NCBI GenBank assembly: GCA_002269645.1
Contig: NIVC01001794.1
Span: 62,001 to 126,000, forward strand
Source of the DNA: Macrostomum lignano
Lineage: Eukaryota
DNA length: 64,000 nt
Direction of reading: 5' to 3'
The notes below the pieces were generated by a model. The model had not been told where the DNA came from. It saw only the letters and a list, made by a program, of their open reading frames with translations, and made no database searches. Both the position numbers and the translations under genes were made by a program. Positions 61,901 to 64,000 of the stretch are shown here, piece after piece; within the stretch, counting starts at the first letter, position 1; each line of letters opens with the position of its first letter.

Positions 61901-63585
61901 CATTGAAGAAGCAGAAGCAGTCATCTTGAATCCAGGGATCAGGAAGAGTGTTGCATGTCCGACATGTGCTGTTTCCGTGGCAAAAGGTGATGGAGCAAAT
62001 TAATCAACACTTACTATCTAGCTCGTATTAAGACTAAAAAACTGAGGCAAGCTGGGATTAAACCAAAGAAAATTTTTTACTATACTTTTTTACCATGTAC
62101 TTTTACTATACTTCTATAGTATAGTAGAGAGGTACTCTATTTAAATGCAGTAAGAAGTGAAACAAATTTATATATTTAATTATTAAAATTAAATTAATTC
62201 AAGGTAAATAACTAATTTAACCAATTTATTAGAAGTATTTAATATTTTAATAAATTGATTTTTATACCTTACACGAAATAAGCTCTACATTCATTTCTTA
62301 GCTTGGGGCCCATCTGTATAAGGTCAGTTTCTTCAAAATGCTGATTAATTAATTAAGGCCTGTTGTCTTTACTTAAATTTATAAGGGCATCTTAGAAGTT
62401 AATATTACTATATAATACATGTATAATATTATTACTATATTATAATAATATAGTTGCAATTTTAATGACTATTGAATAAGTCTAAATGCTTCCCCTATTG
62501 ACTCTAAATATATGGTATCTTTACCTTCAGAAAAAATTAGCATAGAATGACTTGATGAAAACAAAAAAAATCATTTCGAGATACACATTTGCTGATCATT
62601 CAGGTCAAATTTCAAGGTCCAGTTTTGCACATGTTTCTCTGTAGCTTGGTTACAAGGATTTTAATAAAAATATAATAAATATGTCCAATGTACTAACTGA
62701 TACATAGCCAAATTGAAGTATTTTCAAAAACAAAAAAAATCATTTGCTCAGTTTACTTTACTGGATATCTGTGTAAAATTTCAGCTCAAAAGGTGCTCCA
62801 TGGAGAATGCTAGTGTGGTTACAGGATATTTATTTTGTGCTTCAAAGTAGGAGTTTATTGCGATGCATGGTTGCTTTTAATTATTTTTATCAACAATAGT
62901 GCTCTATTTCATAACAATTTTTTACAAAAAGATAAAAAGACATGTTTTTCTAATTATCTGCATCAAAATGTATCATTTTAAGCGCACATTCTAGACGTCA
63001 GCTGAAAAAATACATTTTGTGAGACGCAAAGAGGCTATCCCACCGGAAATGCTAGGCGTACAGTTAAGCGTCTATAAAATCATTTATAGTGCAGTTTATT
63101 GAGCTTTAAAAAAATCTTAAATTAAATTTATATAAGCTTTAATTTTAAATGTAATATAGCAAGGTTTCAACACAACAACAACTTTTTTTTAGCTACAGAC
63201 ATCTTGTAGTACCAAAAATTAACATCGGTGAAATGATTGAATTTGAATTTTTTCATCGCTAATTATCGCTTAATACCGCCAGATGATTAAAAAACACTTT
63301 TGCATGATAAAGTTTAACCCAAAAATTATCTTTATTCACAGATAAAAGTGTCCTATTATTTTCAATATGGCAGTAACAATAGTAAATGTTCGGAAAATTG
63401 TTAAAATTTTTGCTCCTCCTAGAATTTGCGAACGACCCAGGTAGGTAGGTAGGACCTGTTTTAACGCCTCGGATTTGCCAATTTAAATTGGACACGAATT
63501 ATTGTACTTTGCGACATAACAAAAAGTGGAAACAACTGGTCCGTTGATGTGAAATACAATACATAGTCTCAACAGAAGCTGAGGG

Positions 63586-63960
63586 CAGAGGTGGATTTAG
63601 AAATATAAACTAAAATGAGGGAGATGGATTTTAACTTCGAGATTGGGAGGGGGTGCCATAATATACACTAGAGGGGGCCGCCATAATGTTCACTAGATCG
63701 GGGCGCCATACTGAGCAAACTGAGGGTTGTGGTGAGGACCTTTTTTCTTTTTGATGAGGACCTGAGCTTATAGTATGAAGTTACAGAGGGGCAACTTCTA
63801 TGCTTGTGTTTTCTGGCAGTCCTGTCTTTTTTCTGTTTGTTTTGGATATATAATAGTTCAGAATATTGATAATATTTGGGACTGCTACCCCAAAGGAAAA
63901 TTAAGGGGCGCCATCATCGCCAGACACAATGGGCCCCCCAGCTGAGCAGGGCCCCAAAAG
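63586..63960 (+). mobile_element. Possible left end of a hAT-type MITE
   Basis: Starts CAGAGGTGGATTTAG (similar to the TIR of 975-1279), followed by GGGGCGCC/GGGGCC motifs. Right end not seen. Confidence 0.3.
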
Positions 63961-64000
63961 AAAAAAAAAATTCAGGTTTTCATTGAATCATTGGCATATA

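Overview
Eukaryotic (invertebrate metazoan) genomic DNA: spliceosomal introns, AT-rich spacers, many minisatellites and small DNA-transposon derivatives, and no prokaryotic features or CRISPR array. The style resembles a repeat-rich flatworm such as Macrostomum, but that is inference only. Four genes were reconstructed by hand. (1) An exon of a UBE4B/Ufd2-like E4 ligase (minus, ~202-790). (2) A giant single-pass membrane protein gene (plus, 9581-32930, roughly 5,600 aa if the scattered 1-nt indels are errors). It has a signal peptide, a tandem array of phase-0 two-exon modules (369+33 aa, ~1456-bp period) with 6.5 near-identical copies plus two progressively diverged ones, DxCGxCGG-type Cys repeats, a polycystin-like REJ/GAIN-GPS region, a mucin stalk, a SEA-like domain, one TM helix and a short tail. 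(3) A secreted multi-Sushi/CCP glycoprotein gene (plus, 35484 to at least 42848). (4) A cation-dependent mannose-6-phosphate receptor (minus; exons 55823-56173 and 49181-49487) split by a 6.3-kb repeat-filled intron. Also present: three hAT-type MITEs with exact 8-bp TSDs, a decayed hAT transposase, an internally deleted Tc1 element, a LINE fragment, a minimal hammerhead-ribozyme-like motif and several satellites. The most interesting system is gene 2. All gene models are manual and need RNA-seq confirmation.
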